From Callorhinchus milii (lineage: Eukaryota): DNA of 64,000 nt. The translations under genes were made by a program, and so were the position numbers. Below the pieces are notes generated by a model that did no database searches, was not told the origin of the DNA, and saw nothing but the letters and a program-made list of their open reading frames with translations. This document shows, piece by piece, positions 35,701-46,423 of the stretch. The number at the start of each line of letters is the position of its first letter. The first letter of the stretch is position 1. The stretch lies in assembly GCF_018977255.1 (NCBI RefSeq), contig NW_024704743.1:84942001-85006000 (forward strand), given 5' to 3'.

Positions 35701-36860
35701 TCGTGCATTCAGATATAGTGCCTTTAATTTTGACCGCTTACTATTTCCTCAACTCGTTAATGCCCTATTTCCTTTGTTGAGCTTTTTGTCCCTACTTGAC
35801 ACACTCTGTTCTTTATCTCCCAAGTCGCTAGTCTGCTCTACAGCCAAGACTGTTCCTTGCATTGCCAGGTTATGTTTAACTGTAGCTGTAACCCTCCCTC
35901 CCCCGCCCCCCCCCTTAATAGTTTAAAGCTCTGCCTATCTCTCTATTTAATCATTTTGCCGGGACATTGATCCCAGCCCGATTAAGGTGGAGCCCATCTC
36001 GATGGAACAGCTCTCTTTTCACCCAATACTGGTGCCAGTGGCCCATAAACGGAACGCCTGCCCCCCACAGCATTCTTTCAGCCATACGTTTAACTCTTTA
36101 ATTTGTTTGTTCTTGTACCAGTTTGCGCATGGCTCAGGTAGCAATCCTGAGATTATCACCTTGGAAGTTCTTCCTTTTAATTTAATTCCCAGTTCATCAA
36201 ACTCATTCCTCAGATCGTCACTACTAGTCCTACCTATATTGTATTATATCCTACTATATATTATATCCTACCTACCTAGATCCTCACCCTCACCTACAAG
36301 GCCATTCACGGTCTTGCTCCCTCCTACCTCTCCGACCTACTATCCCCCTACCTACCCGCCCGTACCCTCCATTCCTCTGGCTCCGGTCTGCTCCACATCC
36401 CCCACCCCAACCGCCCTACCATCGGTGGCCGGGCCTTCAGCCTCTCAGGCCCCAGGCTCTGGAACTCTATCCCCCAGTGCCTTCGCCTTGCCTCCTCCCT
36501 TTCCTCCTTCAAGGCTGGTCTCAAGACCTTTCTCTTTGACCGTGCCTTCAACTCCCCTCTCGACTCTCTACCCCCTCCTCGCTCCCTCCCTTCCCTCTCC
36601 TCACCCTGACCATTTCCCCCCTGCTCGGGTCCTGACCCAACTGTACAGCGCCTTGGGACGTCCTCCTGACGTGAAAGGCGCTCAATAAATGGAATCTTGT
36701 TGTTGTTGTTGTTGGTTCCTATGTTGATCACCACAATTGGATCATCCCCTTCAAATTCTTCTCCAGCCCTGAAGCGGCATCCTTAACCCTGGCGCCAGGA
36801 AGGCAACAGAGCCTTCATGACTCCTGGTTTTGGCTGCAGAGAAGAATGTCTGTCCGCTTG
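32760..36860 (-). mobile_element. CR1-clade LINE, 5'-truncated within ORF1, decayed (ORF1 esterase part, ORF2 APE endonuclease + RT, 3' UTR)
   Basis: Minus-strand ORF pieces give GDFN (35249-35551), KSPGP..HPRVLKE (34204-34626), QHGF..GKSCLT (34037-34231) and YLDFQKAF..GVPQGSVLGP..KFTDD (33307-34020). ORF2 begins near 35730 with LYLNARSIRNK. ORF1 motifs CLPGARV, IGTN and DGLHLN lie at 35930-36860. The 3' end has a TCTTATGG repeat. Frameshifts and stops are present. Confidence 0.95.
36278..36712 (+). mobile_element. L2 LINE 3' fragment nested in CR1 ORF1
   Basis: L2-type C-terminal coding remnant followed by the tail cgccttgggacgtcctcctgacgtgaaaggcgctcaataaatggaatc(ttg)n. CR1 ORF1 resumes on both sides. 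Confidence 0.88.
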
Positions 36861-38225
36861 TAGTTAATGTAGTAGTTAATCCACTTTACAATATATCCTG
36901 TGAAACACTTTGAGACGTTTCAACCACATGATAAGGCACTTTATCAAATACAAGGATTCTTATTATTATTATCTGGAACTAGGGTATTGTTATAGCAGGA
37001 GCCCATACCAGAGGATTAATGAAAGTATAAGAACATGTGGAGGATATTCAGCTCATTGATCCTATTCTACCAGCTTATCAAATTGTGGCTGATGGTATTG
37101 ATGCTTAAATTCGACTTTCTTCAATCACAACAGGAGTGGTAGTTGGAATGGTTACCTCTCCTTCCTGCAAAGCCAGTCTTATGCCACAGTCAGAGAGTAT
37201 TGCTTGTAAATGTTTCTTGGCACAAATGTACCAGCTATTTGAGATTATCTCTAACATTAAAAGCTCTGACAGGTTAAAATGCATTTGTTATTTCATTCTA
37301 TCAATATGAAATAGTACCAGGAAGGACACAAACCTTGGCACTTCAAATTGTACGTCTTCTTCCAGACCCTTCAAGCCTGAAGCATGTTTCCTACGGGGAT
37401 CTGGTAACCACTGATTCATCACAACCATCCTACCAAAATGCAGCAGGTTTTTACTCTCTAACCATATCTATTAAAACCATTATGATGTTAACCCTAAACC
37501 TAGCTGTTCTTTGTGTGCTCCAGTGACCCACTTGAGTTCTATTTGTGGATTTATTATGTTTGAATCCCACTCAAACTCATTGAGACGTCTCGAAGATGGC
37601 ATAAGGCGCAATATCAAATGCAAGGATTATTATTATTATTCAGGAATGCTGTTAGTGTTTGTCTTTCATTGGCGGCTGAACTTTGTGTGACAACTTGTTA
37701 GGTGTAACTAATCTGTTTACTTGTTTTATCACGAGGGGATTCATGTAGGTTATTCTAAAAATATTGAATGATTATTACAGGGCGAAATAGGTGAAGGGCA
37801 ATATCATGACCTGAGGTCTAAGATTTGGTTTTGCTTTAAAAATGATTGAACAAATTAAATTATGAATATCTGCACATCATAAGATACAGATGTAGGTGGG
37901 AAAATAAACTTTTATTCTTTTACAAAAGAAACATAACCATTTTTTAATGTACAACTTTTTATTTTGGAAATGTTTCCCATAAAATACAGTCAATCCACTT
38001 TACAATATATTCTGTGAAGAGCTTTGAGACATCTCAATGACATGCAAGTATTAACTCTAAAACCTGATCAGTGCAGTCCAAAACTGGAAATCATTCCTTT
38101 TGATTCAACGATAATGTCTTAGGTAGAAAAATCACAGTTTTGATTGATAAACGGAATGTTTTTTTGTAGCCAGCCACATTTTATAGCAATGCCACAGATC
38201 ACAAGCTGATTTAATCTTTCCCAGA

Positions 38226-38622
38226 ATAATAATAATCCTTACATTTGATATATCGCCTTTCATATCAGGAGGATATTTCAAAGCGCTTCACAGGAGTCAC
38301 TATGAAGTTTAGTGAATGTGTATTTGTATACCAGATAATTTGTGCACATTAATGTCTCACAAACAGCCATGAAGTGAATGAATAATTCTACTTAGGGGAT
38401 TGGTGTGTATATACTGAAAGGAACTCCTTTCTTTTTTCAAACAGTGCCATGTCTACCTGAACATGCAGATGGGACTTCAATTTAATGTCTCCTTTGAAGG
38501 CTGGCACCTCCAACAACCCCCTGCACAATGTTGGAATGTCAACCCAGATTATGCAATTTCAAAGTCTTGACATGAGGTTACTTTCTTGGACACAAGAGTG
38601 TCACCAACTGAGCTAGTCAGAC
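38226..38622 (-). mobile_element. Old Deu-type SINE
   Basis: Reverse complement is homologous to 2963-3375. Confidence 0.75.
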
Positions 38623-38711
38623 ACGCATTATTGTATTGACCTCTGTGTTAAAGGGAACGGTCTGTATTCCTACATCTCATTGCTCTTGTGTGAGTGCCAC
38701 TTGATGTTGGG

Positions 38712-39026
38712 TAATAATAATAATAATCCTTGCATTTGATATAGCGCTTTTTACGTCTTCTAGATGTCTCAAAGCGCTTCACAGAATATGCTGTAAAGTG
38801 AATTGACTGTTTATTTGTGAGCAAAACGCGGCAGCCAATTGCACACAGCAGTGTCCCACAAACAGTCATGGATTGAAATGACCAATTTATTATTGTTTTG
38901 CTTTGGAGGGATTATTATTAGGCGTGTGGAGTAAGGAAACTTGCCCAAGGTTTTGCCCTGCCTGGAATTGAACCCAGGTGTCTCACTTGCAAGGCGAGTG
39001 CTCTACCCACTGAGCTACAGGACTCC
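38712..39026 (-). mobile_element. tRNA-headed SINE, short subfamily
   Basis: Reverse complement is colinear with the 46110 copy. Its tail variant resembles the 8401 copy (gagac.tctagaagacgt). Confidence 0.9.
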
Positions 39027-39124
39027 GCAACAGGAGGGGCTGCCCCTTCTAAGCTTATGGCAGCTCTGAATTTAATCCACCCTTTGACATCAGTCTACGT
39101 ATAAGCTCTTTTCCACCATTAAAG

Positions 39125-39234
39125 ACATCCTGAAATAAAAATAGATATCGTCGGGAACACTCAGGAGGTCACGCAGCATCGATGGAGAGACAAATTTCCT
39201 CTCTCCGTAGATGCTGCCTGACCTTCTGAGTGTT
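39125..39234. mobile_element. Penelope-like terminal fragment in palindromic (head-to-head) form
   Basis: Both arms are homologous to 6328-6390. Confidence 0.7.
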
Positions 39235-42200
39235 AAAGGGTAAAGGTAAGGCTTGTGCATAGCACACTGGCATCTTTTGTTCAGGCGCCGACATGAAGAA
39301 TGGCCATTTAGGAGAGGTGACGTATGAGTGCTGGCATATGTGGTGCAGTGCCCCAACATGAATCAGTATTTTAATAAGGAATGGGGAAGAAAATAGACAA
39401 ATCATGATAGAAAAACTGTGTGTTGGGTCTCTCAGCGATGAAGAGTGTTGTGTTACAATCTGCATTTCTTCTCCACATTGTTGTACAATTGAGAAACACC
39501 TTCATAAATTATTGATATAAGGCAAATATTCCCTTTGATCATTATTCTAAGAAATGTGTAAATGTCTATTATTGCCTTTATTTTTTTAGAAAAAAACCCT
39601 GACTGATTTGTCATGAGACTTCTATAAAATATTGTTTTTTATTTTAAAACTAGTTTGCAGTCATACATTATGAAGAAAAAAATATTATGTGACCTCATTG
39701 GTCCACGATTTAATGCTTATCATTATATATCCCAATAGTGTATTCAATCTTATGCATAACGTGTTGTATGATCTCCCTTAGAGTTTGGTAGTGAAACTCA
39801 TTACATCACTTAGAGCAATGTAATGAGACTTATTGTAAAATTTATGAATCTACAATACATTTTAAATCTCAGCATTCTGAATGGCTGAACCATTTCGAAT
39901 AAATCCTAAATGTGTCTGTGCAATGCAGAACATTTCAGTAATGCTGAAGAAATGTACTTTTTAATTCAGCCCTGGACATGCATGCACAGCCACACAAAAA
40001 TTAGCGCAGATTACTGTAACTCAGAATTATTGAAATTAATTTTAGAAAAGATAATGCATTTCTATTAAATTATTGAAATTGGTTAATTTTGAAACAAATT
40101 AATTATTCATGTACATTAATGAAACGTTTTGCTTTCATAACGTATTTTTAAAACTGTATTGGAAAGATTGATCCCTTTGCTGAGAGGAACCTACCCAACT
40201 CCCTTGTGGGTTGTAAACAGAGCTTTTATTACAGTAAAATAAGGTAAAATAAGTATGTGTAAAACAAACAAGAAGTTGATGCTTTAGTATATTGTACTAA
40301 CCGAGTATTTTAAGTTTTTATCATTGAAAAATATGTTTTCAATACTTTAAGTTTTGTGGCATTTTTAATTTATTATTGATCAGCAATTAACTTTCTTAGA
40401 CAGATTTAAGTTCTGATCTGTTGAGGGCAGTTTTTACCGTTCAAAAGGCTTTCGATTTTGTTTCATTCCTGAAAGCTGGAATTTTATTTGCCTTTACCCC
40501 ACTGCAAAATCCCAGATACATCATAACCTCATGCAGGCACACATGTGCCTAACTTTATCTTAACAATAACTAACTTTATGTTAATAATTTTTACTCGTTA
40601 CGCAGAATGTTGCTCTAGACTCTGATGCCTTTATAGCTTTTTCAAAAAATAATCCCACCTGCTACCAAGAAAATTACACTGCCGTCGAAATGCCAAGGGA
40701 TGAAAACATGCCAGATGTCAATAAAGCTGCATGATCCACAATTTATTTTGCTAAAATTACTATTTAACTTTGGAAAAAGTGCTATTAACTGTAATCGTCA
40801 TTCAAATATTCGCTTCCCCATACAAACCAACCCAAAATAATTTTTAACATATCATTTTAGCTCCCTTTGGTTTGTATTATTCCAAATTGAAAATTCTATA
40901 AATCAATATAATTCCATGCAGATGATTTACTCTCACCATTTTATTCCTCCAATTTTCTCCCCACCTCGAGGTGTTTGAATTATTTTTTCTTTCTAGTGGG
41001 GTATGGTTCCAGGGTTCCTTCCCTCTAGTACATCACCCAAATGGTCATTATTCACATGTGTGCTTTGATGATGAATTTTGGCAGGTTATATAGTCATGGG
41101 AGTATCACAACCCAGTCTGATTCTGCCCTTACCCGACAGCCGCACACTTCCCAACAGGAGTCTCTGGCTGGCAGTCAGGAGTGAGAAAAAACCCTGGATG
41201 ATTGATCCTTCCTGACCCGAGGGAGATGAGATCAAGTGTAACACTGCATTTGCTGCCTTGGCTGAGATTAGCTAATTTAGCTCAGACAGGCAATCAAACT
41301 TGCACTAAGGTTTCATGGTCTATTGTGGCAAAAAAATAGTAATTTTATTCACTAAAATCATTGTGGGAACTATGTTGTGTGCATAGAAAGAGACAGATTG
41401 TTCAGATCCTTCACCGATAGACATTATTTTAAAGCCATGATAAATATTGTTCTGCTATTCAGGGATGTGACAATAAGCTTTGGTGTGCCTGACACCTCTT
41501 GGTCAACCAGCAAGAAGCATGCTTGTTCAGTGATCAAGTGATTGCACACCATAGATAGACAGTAAATATATATATATATATATTATCTTAATCATGAGCA
41601 TTGGTTAGTACAACCAAGAGTAAATATCTCCAAGAGGATTTTTTTAATAGTAAAAGTTTTACGTACAGTGGACAACAGATGCTAATCTCCAGCAGCATTC
41701 AAGTATTTTGTTAATATGCAAAATGCGTCGAAAACTATAAATAACACCAGTTATACATCCCAGAGGATGCATGTATTGCGTAATTGAGCATCAAGGGAAT
41801 CACTGATAATTTTATAATGGAGAATTTATGAAGATTTATATGAATGGTTTGCTTGTGTTTCAATCTGTGTCATACTGTAACTAATAGTTTTCCATCAATT
41901 TGCACATTAGGTGTTGCAAAGTTGCTTATCATTGTATTGACAGCCGGGCAGCAATCATAACCCAGCATGGCTGAAGCCTTACCCAGTTATTGCTATCGCA
42001 CCCTGATAACAGTCCTGATACTGGCAGAAGTGACACAGCTCAGTGGTTTATTATAGTACTAGAACAGAAACCCGATTGTGGTTGTAAACTGGTAAACAAA
42101 TAATATTAATGATAATAATCCTTGCATTTGATATAGTCCGAAAGTGCAACACTGCAAATTGGAGCGCCTGTGTGTTTTGTGGGTGAAAACAAGGTGAAAA

Positions 42201-44479
42201 TCAAAATAATGGATTTTTTTTATTTCCAATAAGGGAAAGAAATAGCTTCTGGTGAAAACCTGTAAGCACTAAGTGAAATTTTGAAATTAAATTTATCATC
42301 AGAAATCACAGTTGTTTAGAATAGACAGACCATCAAAAGAACAGTTCAGTGTCATGCATTGAACTAATCAATGCCAGAAGGTGTAACAGGCTGTGCAGAG
42401 CTGTCTACATTTAGCATACGCTTACGGCACAAAATTGCCGCTTGTAAATTTCATTTTGAATTGTGTAGAGTTTGGACAACTTTCAATGGAGTTTGTGCAT
42501 ATTTTGCTTGGGACTTTGGAAATCGTAATGGTTTTCATTTGAGATGAAACTGAAGAGTCAGAACTTTGTAGCCTTGTTAAGAAAGAGGAGATGTGATGTC
42601 CTCATCCATTTACTTGAGTACACGTTCTGCACTTTTTTTTGTTCTCCCATCAAACAGAATTTGTCCTTTTGACAGATGTCTCTGGCTATTATTCTGTTAT
42701 CATGTCTCTTGATACACTAAAAAGAAAGTTTTCTTTTTAATCATTGAATCTCTTTGCAAACACAATCAATACTGTTCTGAGAATTAAGATCAAGACTTGA
42801 TTAAAGTGAGTGGTGTAGTCTAAATCACTTCCCACCACAAACCCCCTCTCTACTGTGAAAACAAATGCCTGGCAAAGAATTAAACATTTTCTAACCAAAG
42901 CAAGGAAGATGGAGATCCACAGAGTCCTGGGATTGAGTCCTGTGACCTTCCAGTTAGGAGGCGAGCACTCATTCAACTTGAGCTACTGTGTGAATATTCT
43001 CCTTAACCCTCGTCTCCACAGAATGACACAGGTTTCAACATTACTGACAGCATCCTGCTGGGATTTAAGATTTGGCAGATTAAAATGTGAATGTTATCTT
43101 CGTATTAGCTATATTATGTAATGTGTGAAGACTACTTCACGGATATTTGGATAGGTATAGTCAGGTATTCAAAATAGTAAAAAAATGCATTTTGGATGCC
43201 AGAATAAACAGTCATATGAATCATATCTTTGTTGGTCTTAACACTCACAGACCAAATTCTTTATTTTCATAGGATTATTATATCTCTATTGACTCAGTCT
43301 AATCTGAAACCCACACCAGTGCGTAATTAAAATTACGTAACTAATGAGTTGTTTGAAAGCTAGTGAAATGTTTCTGCTGACACTCAAGGTTTTGTTTTCA
43401 AAACTCCTGACTGATTTTCTTTGATATTTTTCAGTAGTCCAGATGTGAGAGAGATATAATAGGTATAGCTCAGGTATGCTGCTGAGCCTAGAGATCAGTC
43501 TCCCCACTTGTCTGGCCTGTTAAAGTTTCCTTCCCCTTAGGAAAACAAAAGGCTTTCCTCATGGAAACTTTTACTAATCTGGCTGTCTGCCCAGATTCAG
43601 ACCTTTTTGCATTTTAGACACTGAAAGAAACTTTACATTGCTGGGATAAAACCTGCTGAGTTGTGAAACCTTTAGGCTATAAGTTACGAGTGATGAATAA
43701 TTTGAGAGGTATAATTAGCCAGCAAGTGTCAGAAGAAAACTTCGAGCTGCCACCTAATTACGTTTTCCAATTCAAAACAGTACTTTATTGAATTAATACT
43801 GACTTTCAAAAATAGTCAAAGCTGAGACAGAAGTTTAAAACTCAAAGGTACCCGCATACCACTCAATTGCTTGTAGTGCTAGCAGCGTCATTCTCAGAAT
43901 CAATGAACTTACAATTGAAGATTGTTTGACATTTGACCAAACCAATAGTCTGGGCTTTTATTTTCTAAGCACTCAGCAATTGCTTCCTTTCTTGGAGAAA
44001 CTCGCTACTGTACTGCAATGCCCATCTATCTAACTTCTGTATTTAGGTGTGTGAAATTGAGGCAAGTCACAGTTGCACTGTATCACCCATGGAGATAAAT
44101 TTGATAAATTCTTGGACAAATACAAATAAATCACATTTCTGGACATTTTACACAACCTGTTCATTAAATTTGGCAATGAAAGCATTTCTATCCCATTCTT
44201 ATGCCTCATTCTTATGTTTAGAACCATCTTCTTGGAAAAGTACGGATTTATTTAAAGTACAGTAACATAAATGAATAATCTCAATATTCCTAGGATCAGA
44301 TATTCTCTACAAAATGTAAGCTTTTCTTTACTCCATCACACTTTTCCTCACTCCATCACACTTAAATTGCTGCACTCAGTTTCACGAAACTTCAAAGGAA
44401 GTAAAGCCAGGTTTGAAATGGTACAAGAGTGGCTAAAACAGGGTCTGCTATCCCTATAGTTATCACAATTTCAATTAAC

Positions 44480-44936
44480 TAATAATAATAATACTTGCAT
44501 TTGATAGAGTGCCTTATCACATCATCGGGACGTCTCAATGCACCTCAAAGGGTATACTGTAAAGTGGATTGATTGTGTATTTGGTGGGCCGTGCAGCAGC
44601 CAGTTTTGTGCATAGCAATGCCCCACAAACAGCCATGGAGTGAATGACCAATTTTATCTTGGGGATTCCTTATCATGAAACTGGGAGGAACTCCCTTCTC
44701 TTTTCAAACAGTGCCATGGGATCTTTAACATCCACCTGAAAAAGCAGACGAGACCTTGGTTTAAGGTCTCATCCAAAAGACAGTACCTCTGACAATGCAC
44801 CCCCGCCCCCCACCCCCCCCCAACACTTTATTGGAGTGTCAGCTTAGACTATGTGATTCCAAGTCCCGATGTGGGACTTGAACCTACAACCTTCTAATTC
44901 AGAGGCAAGAATTCTACCGCTAAACCAGGCTGACAC
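44480..44936 (-). mobile_element. Old Deu-type SINE, full length
   Basis: Reverse complement is homologous to 2963-3375 from head to (TTA)n tail. Confidence 0.8.
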
Positions 44937-45356
44937 ATGAAACCACAGAAAAACCTTATGAACTCCTGCGGGCTGTGTGAAAAAAAATGTTCCAGGGTGT
45001 TTTTTGTCAACATTCACCTCAGTTATTAGGGAGTCAAATTCATAAGTGAATTCTGCTTGTCAGATATCAGATGACCAACTTGTAGTGATCCACCTTGTGG
45101 AAGGGGTGGAGGTTAGCAGGGAAACCTTAGATCTCAACTGGCTCCAAGGATTCCCCCTTCCAGTTCCTGAGCCAGGCGGGTCTGCAGTACCCCAAGGTGC
45201 TGCTGTTGACAGCACAGCGATTCTGGCTCATCAGTAGAACTTAGGACAGACCAGTCAGTGGGTGAAGGAATTTTTCTCACTCAGCTGCTGTTAACTTTGC
45301 AAGCCAACGGTAGGGTGGACTTAACTGAACAAGTAGCGGGAAGCTTGCCAGACTTT

Positions 45357-45517
45357 TAAGAGAGAAGTAGATAATTACTTGGGGAGGACAAGTTTGCAGG
45401 GCTATGGGGAGAGAGCGAGGGAGTGGGATTGATTTGGATCGCTCTTTTCAAAGAGCTGGCACGGACACGATAGGCCGAATAACCTCCTTCTGTGCTGTAT
45501 GATTCTATGATTCTATG
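45357..45517 (+). mobile_element. CR1-type 3' tail
   Basis: aagtttgcagggctatgggga..ggccgaataacctccttctgtgctgtatgattctatgattctatga. Similar copies lie at about 56890-57027 and 10500-10590. Confidence 0.75.
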
Positions 45518-46109
45518 AGGCAGTGCTCTCAATGGCAAGCTGTGCAGTTTTAGCCAGTTAAATTCCACGACTAGTCCCAATGAATACCTTTACCTTCGCT
45601 CTTGCCAATCTAAGCCTAATACTCTGTGGAATTATCCCAGACACAGGAATATCCATGCTTAGGTGGGATCCATGGAATTCTCAGTTTGGTTTGTGTACTC
45701 TTGAGCATGGTGATGGGTTTTCCGTATGTATCAGATATGCGTCTGATCCAAAAAAGAATTTTGCTATGATTAAACTTTTACAAGAACAACAAAAACTTTA
45801 CATTTATACAGCCCCTTACACTTGGGATGACATCTCAAAGCACTTCCCAGAATCGGCTGGGAGCCCAAGCTGTGGAGGGAGTGGGACCCGAGGAAGGGGT
45901 GGGCGGGGAGGGGAAAGGTTGATAATATTGTGATTTATATTGCTTACCTTTCACTATTTTTCAACTAATGTAATTTAACTAACAAACTTCAGGATTTGAA
46001 CTCGCACATCTAAATCATGTTTTTAGTTTTTACTAGAGGAACTGACTGGAAAAACAATATGAAAGAACTGAATTAACATCAGAAAAAATGTCATTAATAA
46101 GCTATGCTT

Positions 46110-46423
46110 GGAGTCCTGCAGCTCAGTGGTTAGAGCACTCGCTTTGCAAGCGAGAGATCTGAGTTCAATTCCAGGCAGGGCGAAACCTTGGGCAAGTTTC
46201 CTTACTCCACACACCTAATAATAATCCCTCCAAAGCCAAAAACAATAATAAATTGGTCATTTTCAATCTACGACTGTTTGTGGGACATTGCTGTGCGCAA
46301 TTGGCTGCCGCGTTCGCCCACAAATATACAGTCAATTCACTTTACAGTGTGTTCTGTGAAGCGCTTTGGGACGTCCTCCCGATGTGAAAAGCGCTATATC
46401 AAATGCAAGGATTATTATTATTA
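46110..46423 (+). mobile_element. Young tRNA-Ala-headed SINE (short subfamily, partial Deu-like core, L2-type tail)
   Basis: A box agctcagtgg, anticodon arm CTCGC-TTTGCAA-GCGAG, B box gagttcaattcc, core ttgctgtgcgcaattggctgccgcgtt, (TTA)n tail. Near-identical to the copies at 31498 and 16057. Confidence 0.92.

Noticed and set aside
42922..42988. Minus-strand tRNA-like sequence with A/B-box remnants
   Set aside because: Too degenerate to fold as a tRNA. It is likely an old SINE head that I cannot assign.
46112..46183. tRNA-Ala(TGC) gene (also at 31498 and 22151)
   Set aside because: The acceptor and T stems are imperfect and the sequence continues into a SINE body and tail, so these are SINE heads.
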